Source: a virus. Taken from it: a DNA stretch of 64,000 nucleotides. The position numbers and the translations under genes were made by a program. Within the stretch, counting starts at the first letter, position 1, and each line of letters starts with the position of its first letter. The stretch covers positions 32,001 through 96,000 of IMG/VR virus record IMGVR_UViG_3300037493_003022, one strand, 5' to 3'. This document shows positions 1 through 9,085 of the stretch, one piece after another. The notes under the pieces were generated by a model, which saw nothing but the letters and a program-made list of their open reading frames with translations, was not told the DNA's origin and did not search any database.

Positions 1-1889
1 ATCATGATCAGACCTGCGGGGACAGCCATCTCGGCCGGCTCGAAGTAGGTGCCAGGATGGGACTTGATTACCCACGGGTTGGCAGAACTCACGCCCTGGA
101 GAGTGCAGTAGGCAATCGCGGAGGCGTGCGCCCCGTAAGGCACCGGCCCATATCCCGTCATCACGATCGTCGGCACGAAATCGCACTCGCTGCCCATGCC
201 ACCGACCGTCACGGTGTTTGCGATATGCGGGATGTGCCAGTGGTTCGTAGCGCGGACGTTAGTTGTGAGCTGGGTTTTATCGGCGGGAAGGATGTGCTGG
301 AAGTCACCGACATCCAGACCGCCCATCTCGTTGTGAGTGACGATCGCCCCGGAGGCGTTGGAGATGTTTTTCGTGACCCACGAGACCGAAGTCTGCGCTG
401 TGTCGGTCGTGCGGATGCGTGCCTTCACGGGGTTCGCGTAGGCATCACTCGTCTGGTAGATGACAGAGCTGCACGCGACCCACTCCATGATCGGCAGCGT
501 GGATGCGAGGATCGCGTTCAGCTCCGTGGTCGCGCCCTGTCGCGCCTCGAGCTGGCTGGCATAAACCGTCGTCCCCATGATGGCGATAAACGGGCTGAGG
601 GTGTCGTTGGTCATGAGGATATGCGCCAACACGAACCCACCCTCGGGCACCTCCGATTGCTGCCACGTCGCGCCGGTCCACTCGTTACGCGCGAGGCGCC
701 CCGTGCCCGTGGTGAGCACGGAGTAGCCTGCGTTGGAATTCTTGCGCCAGAGCCCGGTGGCCCCGGAGCGCCAGAACACGGGCATCCCCACCGTCGAGGC
801 AACTGGAGTCTTGAGGTGGGTCAGGTCCTCGTCGAGCAGGATCGTGTAGTCCGTCCCGAACTGGGCGTGGCTGGCGAGACTGCCATCTGCATCGGCGACG
901 ACACTGGTTAGCCCGCCGCCCTGGAGCAGATAGCTACCAAACCTGAAATGCCACATCGTGTGGTCCATCCCGTCCATCACGATGCCATGCCGCTCGTTCT
1001 CCAGTGAGAGCGAGACATTGTTGTCTGCGTCCCAGTATACAAAGGAGACGAGGGCCTTCTCGCGGATAAGCTGGCCCTCGCGGAACACTGAGGGGTTTGC
1101 CTCCGTCTTGAGCACGCCATCCGTGTCGAAGTAAAAGGCGTGCAGCCCCTCGGTGTCGGTGATGTCTACGGTCTGCGCGGTCGTTTTGGTGTACTCCACG
1201 CCTTGAACCCAAAATCGGAACGAGGCGAACGGCGGAAACGACGGCTCGATCTTGAACTGCCGCAGCCCGTCGTTGAAGCTGATGCGGCTGTAGAGGAGCT
1301 GGTCGGGGTACGGGAAGCCCGTGGGCTCCTGCCGATCCGCCTCGAGCCGGTCGCGATAGGAGATGATGTCGTTGATTGCAGCGGTGTCAGACGGACCTAT
1401 TGGACCCTCTGGACCTTCTGGACCCTCTGGACCAACGGGACCTTCTGGCCCCGCTGGACCTTCTGGGCCTGCCGGACCTTCTGGACCCTCTGGACCAACG
1501 GGACCTTCTGGCCCCGCTGGACCTTCTGGGCCTGGTTCGCCTTGAGGACCCACTACACCCTTGATATTTACAGACCAATAGGAGTAAATACCTGTTCCTG
1601 TTACGGATACGACTTCGAATATTAGAGACCCGTTATCGTAAGAAACGACCACTCCGTCTATAAAGTTATCATTATCATACGCAATAGTAATCGGCTGAGC
1701 TGGGGTATAAGCAAGATCCTGACTTATTTCAACGGTCACCTCACCGGAGATTGAGCTTAGATCCAATTCTGCGGAGGTATAGGTCATATACCTATCACCC
1801 GGAGGACCTGCCTCTCCTGGAAGTCCGGGTGCGCCTGGTTCTCCTGCCGGACCTGCTGGCCCTGGTCTTCTCGGATTTAGAAGTTCCAT
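1..1889 (-). CDS. Tail fibre/tailspike with collagen-like repeats and a probable beta-helix domain (3' end outside the window)
   Basis: Not in the ORF track because it runs off the edge. ATG at 1889 has an AGGAG RBS, and my translation stays open to base 1: [31 protein letters not shown]..., (GPE/GPA/GPV)n at about 1392-1550, ending ...[27 protein letters not shown], a typical lead-in to a pectin-lyase-like beta-helix. Directly downstream of baseplate J. Confidence 0.85.
   Translation of the reverse strand, partial: MELLNPRRPGPAGPAGEPGAPGLPGEAGPPGDRYMTYTSAELDLSSISGEVTVEISQDLAYTPAQPITIAYDNDNFIDGVVVSYDNGSLIFEVVSVTGTGIYSYWSVNIKGVVGPQGEPGPEGPAGPEGPVGPEGPEGPAGPEGPAGPEGPVGPEGPEGPEGPIGPSDTAAINDIISYRDRLEADRQEPTGFPYPDQLLYSRISFNDGLRQFKIEPSFPPFASFRFWVQGVEYTKTTAQTVDITDTEGLHAFYFDTDGVLKTEANPSVFREGQLIREKALVSFVYWDADNNVSLSLENERHGIVMDGMDHTMWHFRFGSYLLQGGGLTSVVADADGSLASHAQFGTDYTILLDEDLTHLKTPVASTVGMPVFWRSGATGLWRKNSNAGYSVLTTGTGRLARNEWTGATWQQSEVPEGGFVLAHILMTNDTLSPFIAIMGTTVYASQLEARQGATTELNAILASTLPIMEWVACSSVIYQTSDAYANPVKARIRTTDTAQTSVSWVTKNISNASGAIVTHNEMGGLDVGDFQHILPADKTQLTTNVRATNHWHIPHIANTVTVGGMGSECDFVPTIVMTGYGPVPYGAHASAIAYCTLQGVSSANPWVIKSHPGTYFEPAEMAVPAGLIM
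1411..1534. repeat. Tandem duplication with a 63-bp period within the collagen-coding GPX repeat
   Basis: 1411-1471 is identical to 1474-1534, built from 9-bp GGACCNNNN-type units. Confidence 0.9.
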
Positions 1890-1914
1890 TGGTCTCCTTG
1901 TGATGCGAAAATTG

Positions 1915-3681
1915 TCACTGGACGCCACCTTCTAACGTAAGTTGGAAAGTAGAATCCTTTAGGATAGTGAGTTCGTCATAATCCGGGTCTATGTTGCTAG
2001 CATAGGCAGTTGTCTTTATCTCAAACTTACAGGTATTTGTCGGAGGAGTTGACCCCGCAGTAACAACAAAAGAAATTCTCTTGTCAGTGCTTACGAATAA
2101 AGACCCGATTAGTCCTGTTCCTTGGAATCCCGTGTTGGCACCGTACACCTCAAAGACCGTGGGACTCGTAAAAGTTACGTAATAGGTCTCCTTGAGAGTG
2201 GTTGGTCCTACTCCGAAAGTTCCGAACGTAACATTGGTAGTTCCACCCTGCGTCTGTCTCGGATTGGGGTATCTTTGCATCTGAACAACGTCAACGTAGT
2301 TTACTCCGTATATGCCTTCAACGGCTTCGTAAACCTTTGACATAGCGTACTGTTGACCTAATATTTGATTATCCGTATTGAACAATGAAGTAAGGGCATC
2401 CTCAACGGATCTTTGAACAGATACAGCTCTCACGTTAGAAATACAGTACACGCGGATAGCTAAATAAATCTCCGCTACTCTACACGGAATAACGTGGAGG
2501 ATAACCGGGGTGGATTTCTTCTGAGTGATAACAGTTCCTACTGTGTAAAGAAGACCGCTTCCTGTTTCCGTGTATGGATTCCAAGAACCCGTTGGAATTG
2601 GGTTCATCCCACTGGTAGCTATCACGACTCTTTCTTCAAAGGCACCTGTTCCACGAGAAGCATGGGCGTGCTTAACACCCATGACAGAGCGAGCTATGGT
2701 AGCGTAATCTTCGTGCGTCACGCATCTATCCATTGCCCGCAAACTAAGGGGAGCGTTGACTTTGGCTTCTACTATGGACTCTTTGTCCATTCCACCACTG
2801 GGAACAGCTTCGTTTGTAATCGAAGTGATAAAAGACAAGGCAGAACCTGAAGAGGTGAGTCTCGTAACCTTCCCTATTCCAACTTCGTTGCCTTTGTGCC
2901 CACCACCAACTCGATAAGAGACACTCAGATTATTGGAACCGCTTGCGGGAATTGCTCCGTTAACTCCATTTCCAAATATGACAACTACGTTATCGAATTC
3001 ATCGATTCGAACTTGGTAATGCTCATCTGTCGGAGATGAAGACAAGAAGTTATCTACCTCTGTCCAGATGGTTGTCGTCATTCCAGAGGTAACCGCGACT
3101 GATAAAGAGGAGTTGGACAGTGAATTGAGAGCCAACGGTTTTCTTAGTAGAGGAAAGGACTGAGATATTTTCCCGGTGCTAGAGCCTAGAATCTCTTCGT
3201 AAGTCGTTCCCTCGTAGGCGTAGATTTGTTTTGTCTCTGCGCTAGAGAAAGTCTCATTCGTAAGAGTTTCAAACCTCAAGGAAGTGGACCCATCCGTGGT
3301 ATCGACGGAAAAGTAAGACTTCGCCGGAATCGTTCCTGCCCCACTGGAAACTACTGTCAGCAGAATTTGGGCGCTAACGGCAGGCCGAAGTTCGTACCCC
3401 AGGAGCTTGCAGTGCTCGATAACGGAACGTCTCTGCACAGCAGAAGGGAAGAGAGCCTCATTTGCCATTCTGTCCTGATAATAGGAGAGGTTGTCTGCGG
3501 CAAAAGAGAGCGCTTCTACGTAGGCGACGCCAATATCGAATTGAGACCTATCAGACCAAGCTGGAAGATATTGGTCAGCCAAACCACCGGAGGAGAGAAT
3601 GTCAGACCGAAAAGCTTCAAAATCTCTTGATGTTAGATCAACTGAGATGGTCTGACCGGATAACGTGGTGACAACAGGCAT
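1915..3681 (-). CDS. Baseplate J/gp47-like wedge protein
   Basis: N-terminal [11 protein letters not shown]...[10 protein letters not shown]...[12 protein letters not shown]...LGYELRP; [10 protein letters not shown]; YRVGGG; RCVTHEDY motifs. Confidence 0.9.
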   Translation of the reverse strand: MPVVTTLSGQTISVDLTSRDFEAFRSDILSSGGLADQYLPAWSDRSQFDIGVAYVEALSFAADNLSYYQDRMANEALFPSAVQRRSVIEHCKLLGYELRPAVSAQILLTVVSSGAGTIPAKSYFSVDTTDGSTSLRFETLTNETFSSAETKQIYAYEGTTYEEILGSSTGKISQSFPLLRKPLALNSLSNSSLSVAVTSGMTTTIWTEVDNFLSSSPTDEHYQVRIDEFDNVVVIFGNGVNGAIPASGSNNLSVSYRVGGGHKGNEVGIGKVTRLTSSGSALSFITSITNEAVPSGGMDKESIVEAKVNAPLSLRAMDRCVTHEDYATIARSVMGVKHAHASRGTGAFEERVVIATSGMNPIPTGSWNPYTETGSGLLYTVGTVITQKKSTPVILHVIPCRVAEIYLAIRVYCISNVRAVSVQRSVEDALTSLFNTDNQILGQQYAMSKVYEAVEGIYGVNYVDVVQMQRYPNPRQTQGGTTNVTFGTFGVGPTTLKETYYVTFTSPTVFEVYGANTGFQGTGLIGSLFVSTDKRISFVVTAGSTPPTNTCKFEIKTTAYASNIDPDYDELTILKDSTFQLTLEGGVQ

Positions 3682-4065
3682 CTACACCTCCTTCAGTTCG
3701 AGACTCAGTGTAGCAAATTCTCCGGTGTTTTTGAAAGCATACGCGACCTCTGCGATCACATAAGACCCAGAGCTATTCTCACCTTTGATTAGGTTAACCG
3801 TAACTCCTGCTGCGCGTGGTTCATACCGAAGGATAGCTTCAATTATGAACTTTCTAAATAGAACGGCGTAAGCATCTGTGAAATTACGGAGCACTGACTG
3901 ATAGGAAATCACACCCAGAGTTTTGTAAATCAACCTATCCCGTATGTCGCATAAAACCAACGCTTTTAGGTCGGAAGTTACTTTTGAAGAACCCTCTGCT
4001 TTTGTTATGCCTCCAGATTGGCTAACAGAGAAGGGAAATTTAGCTCCGCTAGGATACTGTGACAT
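3682..4065 (-). CDS. gp25/GPW-like baseplate wedge (sheath initiator)
   Basis: G.KFPF N-terminus and AILRYEPR motif; lies between spike and baseplate J. Confidence 0.8.
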   Translation of the reverse strand: MSQYPSGAKFPFSVSQSGGITKAEGSSKVTSDLKALVLCDIRDRLIYKTLGVISYQSVLRNFTDAYAVLFRKFIIEAILRYEPRAAGVTVNLIKGENSSGSYVIAEVAYAFKNTGEFATLSLELKEV

Positions 4066-5031
4066 CTAGTTCTCCTGTGGAAGAGTCAATCCGAAAAAAC
4101 TAAACAGAGTTGAAATGTCAGCCCCGCCTGTAGCTAGAAACACGCCTCCTACGGTGTAAGTAGCGTTTTCTACATCCAGAGGACCTCCTTGAGTAGAATT
4201 CCATTGCTCATAAAGCCAGTCGGCGTCTCCGTGTCCCGCTACGGGTAACAAAAAGACACCTTCAAAATTTAAGATGGCGTTTATGGTCTGTATGACATTG
4301 AATATCTTAGTTAGGAACTCTTGAAGTTCGAGTATCTTATTCGCGATCAAAGATACCGCTGCATCTAGCACGTCACTCGTAGACTGGGGAGGAAGGAGGT
4401 TGTTTATCATTCCTATGAGCATGTTGCAGACCTGATTCATCCCAGGGACAATATCAGCGATCTTTATGGAACTCCAATTGGGATACTGACCCACACCCGC
4501 CACTACTTGAAATTCATTCGGATAGGTCGGCCAGGAAGAAATCTGGGACAGTGAAGCGATCAATCCCTGGAGAAGCCGGAAAAAGTTGTTGAATCTCTCC
4601 ATCAAACTTTTCAGGTTATCGGAGGTAGCCATGACTACGATTGCGCCAACGTAAGCCGCCGGGTCGATTAGGATAGGTCTTCTCTCGTCCATCTTATCGT
4701 ACAGGGATCTCCCAACGGCTCGCAGCCACTCTTCGGGAGTTATGAAATTAGAAAACGACGGTGTGAAATAAGTTAACTTATACACACCTGTTTGCGTAAG
4801 AGCTTGTATGAAAGAATTCAACAAGAGAACTACTGCGTCATACAACTCTTTTATAGCTATTTCTGTAGTGCTACTAAAATCCTGCATAGTCGCGATAAGC
4901 GCGCGCAAGGCACTCGTCGCTGTATTTATCGCGGGCTCTAATACGTCAACTAACGCCTGAATCGCATTGAGTACATCTGTTATTTCGGAAGGAAGAAGTT
5001 CTTGTGGACTAAACTGTATCCATTCAGCCAT
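4066..5031 (-). CDS. Hypothetical helical, hydrophobic protein in the baseplate module
   Basis: 321-aa ORF abutting gp25; long amphipathic/hydrophobic helices; no motif recognised. Confidence 0.7.
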   Translation of the reverse strand: MAEWIQFSPQELLPSEITDVLNAIQALVDVLEPAINTATSALRALIATMQDFSSTTEIAIKELYDAVVLLLNSFIQALTQTGVYKLTYFTPSFSNFITPEEWLRAVGRSLYDKMDERRPILIDPAAYVGAIVVMATSDNLKSLMERFNNFFRLLQGLIASLSQISSWPTYPNEFQVVAGVGQYPNWSSIKIADIVPGMNQVCNMLIGMINNLLPPQSTSDVLDAAVSLIANKILELQEFLTKIFNVIQTINAILNFEGVFLLPVAGHGDADWLYEQWNSTQGGPLDVENATYTVGGVFLATGGADISTLFSFFGLTLPQEN

Positions 5032-5246
5032 TTGTTTATCTCCGTTGTGTCTTTGCCCTGAACGGCTAAATGTGTGCTGACACCTTTGAGTTTATCAGCC
5101 TGCTTGTCTAAGGATAGAGCTGTTAGAACAGCTAGACTCTCGGTAAGAGCTGATAATTTTTCGAACACGTTAGGATTATCGGCAGCTAGTTTAGCTCTCT
5201 CGGTGTTCTTCTTTAAGACACTAATTAATGTTTCTTGGTCTATCAT
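4980..5246 (-). CDS. Small hypothetical protein
   Basis: ATGA overlap with the spike gene stop. Confidence 0.55.
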   Translation of the reverse strand: MIDQETLISVLKKNTERAKLAADNPNVFEKLSALTESLAVLTALSLDKQADKLKGVSTHLAVQGKDTTEINKWLNGYSLVHKNFFLPK

Positions 5247-6622
5247 TGCTTAACCTTAACAAAAGAGGAGGCACATAAAGCTATTACTGGATTTGTTATA
5301 GCTGGTGTGAACGAGATTGCCAACTCAGCAGACGGCCCGGAAGTACCTAGCGCGGGAACCGGATGGGTGTGCGCCATCAGAGCGGCATATAACGACTGCA
5401 ACAAGGACAGAAGAAAAGTATACTTAACAACCGGATCTACGGAGCCAACTCCCCCTAAAAGAATTGAACCGTCTCCTTGGACACGGACGCATCCATTCGC
5501 AGGCAACATCGGAGAATCTAAAAGATCAGGCGAGACAGGGACACCTGCGAATAACGTTGCGGAACTCATGGCTGGATTTGGAACGGGACCTGCATAACCT
5601 GGAGAAAGGTCTAGTGCGGCCTCGCAGGCGAACCCGGTCTTATCTAAAGCGGAAGCATAGAAAGAACCGTCGTAAGTTTGTACTGAATGGGCTTTAACTT
5701 TATTAGTAGAAAGAGACTGCCCAGTGGTTATGGCCATAGAGACCATCTGAGTTACTTCTGAAGAAACTAGAGACAATTTGCTTCCTGCGAATAACCCTAC
5801 GTTACCACTCGCTAGCACATTGACTAGCCCCTTGGAAACTAACTGATAGGAACCACTCCAAGTTGAGTTACAAGAATTTCCTATCTGAACTAAATCAGAG
5901 GATACGAAGTCACTCCCTACATTGTTTCCAAAAGTCTGAGTAAGGCCGGAAGCGTAGATATGCTCGCAGGGACCGTCTACTAGAACATCCTGTCTTCCTC
6001 CAACATGATGAATATGGTTGTTTCCTACTTCGGTATTCGTATCTCCATTAGACCGTTGTCGTATGTCTGCTATGGAGACAACCTGCAAAGAACCATCCGG
6101 TCCCATCTCAAAGCGAGTACCACTCACATGGGAGAGCTGGACACGATTAGACCCTTCCGTGCCGTCGAATTCTAGGAAGCTACCATCGTGACCCTGGAAG
6201 GTGATGACCTTCGCGTACTCCCCTTGAAATTGACTAGGAGGAATGTTTCCGAAGTCTCTGACGGAGTAGTCGGTAATGTCTGCCTGCCCCTTCCCGTGCT
6301 TAGGCATAAAGCTAGACTTTTGAGAACCCAATGGCCACGGACCGGCGGCCCATAGAGGTCGTTCTGGATCGCCTTCTTCAAACTCAACCCAGACGTAATC
6401 TCCCTTTGCCGGAATGGCGACAAAACCTACGTTTGGAGACCCGCCGAATGGAGGAATGGGCAGTGCCCATCCGAGAGCTTCTTCCATCCCAAGGACAACA
6501 GGAACCTTGGCACGGATGCGACCCATCTTTTTGGGGTCTAAGACATCCTCAACGACTCCTCGATACCTGCCGAAGTATCTTCCCGCAAATCTCTCCGAGA
6601 ATTCGTCAAAGATGCTCGTCAT
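5243..6622 (-). CDS. Baseplate central spike (gp5/gpV/VgrG OB-fold)
   Basis: FGRYRGVVEDVLDPKKMGRIRAKVP...GWALP...P.KGDYVWVEFEEGDPERPLW OB-fold; beta-prism-like repeats; C-terminal HTHP metal-binding apex motif. Confidence 0.9.
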   Translation of the reverse strand: MTSIFDEFSERFAGRYFGRYRGVVEDVLDPKKMGRIRAKVPVVLGMEEALGWALPIPPFGGSPNVGFVAIPAKGDYVWVEFEEGDPERPLWAAGPWPLGSQKSSFMPKHGKGQADITDYSVRDFGNIPPSQFQGEYAKVITFQGHDGSFLEFDGTEGSNRVQLSHVSGTRFEMGPDGSLQVVSIADIRQRSNGDTNTEVGNNHIHHVGGRQDVLVDGPCEHIYASGLTQTFGNNVGSDFVSSDLVQIGNSCNSTWSGSYQLVSKGLVNVLASGNVGLFAGSKLSLVSSEVTQMVSMAITTGQSLSTNKVKAHSVQTYDGSFYASALDKTGFACEAALDLSPGYAGPVPNPAMSSATLFAGVPVSPDLLDSPMLPANGCVRVQGDGSILLGGVGSVDPVVKYTFLLSLLQSLYAALMAHTHPVPALGTSGPSAELAISFTPAITNPVIALCASSFVKVKQ

Positions 6623-8199
6623 TCAGAAACTCCATTAACTATTTTCACAATGCGCTCACTGAACGATCCAGTAATAGCATTTAAATCAGCGGCTACATAG
6701 TCATCTAACGGCTTATCTGATCCACCTGGCGTAGATGCCCCGGAAGAACCTGTTTCATCAAAGGTCTTTTTAGCCGCAGCTATTTTTTTCTTATCGTCAT
6801 CGCTGGCGCCATAGTATCTCTTCTGACACTTCAGGGTGGTTGTGTAAGCAGACTCACCGGAAAAAGAATGCGCCACCTCTGTTATTCGATACTTCCCAGA
6901 AAGTCTTTCTCCGAGTCCGTTGAGAACAACAGACATCGTGGGCTTATATCTCGGAGAAGATATTGTAGGAACAACGTCCGCATCGCAGACAACCACGGAC
7001 TTATACATCATCGCGGACAATCGAGCTTCAGCTTCAGTTTTCTCTGTCGGTGTTGCTGTTCCGCTATTATCTTTTGTTCCTAGCTCCACGTTCGAATCAC
7101 TATTTCCAGAAAGAACGGTCTGTATCTTAGCTAAAATATCAGCGGGGTCACCTTTGAAGATAGAGGTTGTCGGGTCTGTTCCAGGGATACTTGTCCCTAC
7201 CGGATCGCCGTTCATGTCGTAAGCGCCATCTGGAACGCTTCCATCTCCGACTAGGCCGCTCAATCCCGTGAAATCGGCTGCCTCATCCAACATGCCAGTG
7301 ACAACAGCTTTGGCTATTCCTTTTGCTTCATCGACGGTCTTCTTGACCATATCTGGAGCAGAGGAATCTTCGTCGGGTTGTTGGGAAGTTCCAAGCTTGA
7401 AACCGAGTTTCTCGAGAACTCCCGCAGGGGCGTCAACTCTTCCTGTAGCAACGTCTGCTACGAAATCACCTACCTCTTCGCAGTTCTCAAAGTCTAAGTT
7501 TTCGATCTTAGCTTTTGCTCCCTGCTTTATTCCCTCTCTGGTGAACTTGAAATCAGCACGATACGAGAAGATCGAGTAATCAACCATTCGATAAGACAAC
7601 ACAGGGACAAACTTCTGTTGACCAACTGCGTCTAAGTCAACCGGTTTTCTAAAGAACAGAGTGCTGCCTTCTACTCCCCAGATAAAACCGTATCTCTCCG
7701 CTAGACTATTCATAATCTGAGCTTTAGTTTTATTAGCTTGTATAAGAGCTTTATCAGCGTCAAAATTCAATTCTTTTGGAACGTCTAGGTTGTACCCTAT
7801 CCCAAGCTCTGTAGCTCTTTGTTTGAAGTAATCGACACACTTTCCTGTGTAAATTTTCTTTTCTTTCTTTTTATTTAGCTTCTGCGTCAGGTCTTGGAAG
7901 TTAACTGTCAGAGTAGAACTCCCTGATTCCGGGGCATCTACTAGCAATGACTTTATGACGAACGGACCCATTGGAACAGCGTCGTCAACAAGACCTATAA
8001 TGAAAGCTATCTTATGGTTTTTAACGAAAACTTTTGAATCGAAATACTTAAAGTAAGGGTCTGATATGGTCATCGACCCATCGGCAGCTTTCTTCTCTCT
8101 ATAGGTAATCTGAACATTGAGGATGTCCCTCAGAGTATTGTCAGACAACTCTAAGTCCTGAACCCATACGGAACAGACTGCTTCTCTAGGTAATCTCAT
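6619..8199 (-). CDS. Baseplate hub (late control gene D/gp27-like)
   Basis: Q..KT.AQIMNSLAERYGF...LFFRK; GLGERLSGKYRITEVAHSF...YTTTL C-terminal motif; position. Confidence 0.8.
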   Translation of the reverse strand: MRLPREAVCSVWVQDLELSDNTLRDILNVQITYREKKAADGSMTISDPYFKYFDSKVFVKNHKIAFIIGLVDDAVPMGPFVIKSLLVDAPESGSSTLTVNFQDLTQKLNKKKEKKIYTGKCVDYFKQRATELGIGYNLDVPKELNFDADKALIQANKTKAQIMNSLAERYGFIWGVEGSTLFFRKPVDLDAVGQQKFVPVLSYRMVDYSIFSYRADFKFTREGIKQGAKAKIENLDFENCEEVGDFVADVATGRVDAPAGVLEKLGFKLGTSQQPDEDSSAPDMVKKTVDEAKGIAKAVVTGMLDEAADFTGLSGLVGDGSVPDGAYDMNGDPVGTSIPGTDPTTSIFKGDPADILAKIQTVLSGNSDSNVELGTKDNSGTATPTEKTEAEARLSAMMYKSVVVCDADVVPTISSPRYKPTMSVVLNGLGERLSGKYRITEVAHSFSGESAYTTTLKCQKRYYGASDDDKKKIAAAKKTFDETGSSGASTPGGSDKPLDDYVAADLNAITGSFSERIVKIVNGVSE

Positions 8200-8495
8200 G
8201 ACACCACAGCGAATGACCGAGGAGGAATTATAATTTGGACACCTGAATCTAGGTCAAGCGGAAAAAATACCTCTGGGTTGGAGTCGGCTATTACGTACCA
8301 CTTCCTGGCATCTCCGTACTCTCTCTCCGCTAACTTCTCAAAGGTGTCCCCTGCGATAGTGGTATACAATCTAAATCCACTCTGAGGATTTACTGTTGTC
8401 TTTCTTATTCTATGAATAAGATATGCTTTACCATCCTGATCGACGATCTGACTTGTATTTCTAAAACGATACCTAGAGCCAATATGAATTGTCAT
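8196..8495 (-). CDS. LysM/tail X-like baseplate protein
   Basis: SRY...GDTFEKLAEREYGDARKWYVIADSNP...LDSGVQIIIP. Confidence 0.9.
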   Translation of the reverse strand: MTIHIGSRYRFRNTSQIVDQDGKAYLIHRIRKTTVNPQSGFRLYTTIAGDTFEKLAEREYGDARKWYVIADSNPEVFFPLDLDSGVQIIIPPRSFAVVS

Positions 8496-8496
8496 T

Positions 8497-9075
8497 TCAG
8501 CTTCTCCCGTTTTTAAGCAAACGACTGGTGTTGCTGAACATTTTCTTCATTTCCCTTAAATAAACGTCTGTTGTGCTTGAATCAACATATATGGACTTTA
8601 ATGTTATATCAATGGTCGCTCTGTAAGGAATCATACTTCTGTCGTAGATAACCTCTGTTTGTTTAACGCTCAGACAAACAACATCCCACGCTCTAGTTCC
8701 AACTAGGAATATCAACCTGGCAGGAGCTATCCATCTAGCGTTGCTTTCCAAATAAGTATCTACCTCGGGACAAACAAGACTCTCAAAGAAAGCTAGATCG
8801 GGCATAACTCCCAAAGAAAAACCCATGCTATCCAGCGGAGGATTCTCTGTGGCATCCACCATGATACTAAAAGACATCTCTTGTCCAACTGTCGATTTAT
8901 AAACAGCTGTCGGAAGCATAGACCCCGGTGGAGATATGAACGTGTAGTCCGCGTTAAGTCCTCTCTGAATTTCTGGGAAGTTAAACTGGAAAGAGAACTC
9001 ATCTCCCACGTCACCGTCTACAATTTTTACAAGTGACGCTCTCGAAACGGGAGTTTGGGACATGGACTGCGGCAT
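8497..9075 (-). CDS. Tube initiator/CIS tube-like baseplate protein
   Basis: FQFNFPEI...P.RLIFLVG...FxxxxxPYRATIDITL-type pattern; lies between tape measure and LysM genes. Confidence 0.75.
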   Translation of the reverse strand: MPQSMSQTPVSRASLVKIVDGDVGDEFSFQFNFPEIQRGLNADYTFISPPGSMLPTAVYKSTVGQEMSFSIMVDATENPPLDSMGFSLGVMPDLAFFESLVCPEVDTYLESNARWIAPARLIFLVGTRAWDVVCLSVKQTEVIYDRSMIPYRATIDITLKSIYVDSSTTDVYLREMKKMFSNTSRLLKNGRS

Positions 9076-9085
9076 TCAAATCACC

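Noticed and set aside
1392-1550. Repeat tract as a CRISPR array or DGR repeat
   Set aside because: 9-bp codon-phase units encoding GPX; no unique spacers and no reverse transcriptase in the window.
57-1625. Plus-strand ORFs (284 aa, 161 aa and the repeat ORFs)
   Set aside because: Antisense shadows of the GC-rich minus-strand tail fibre gene and its collagen repeat.
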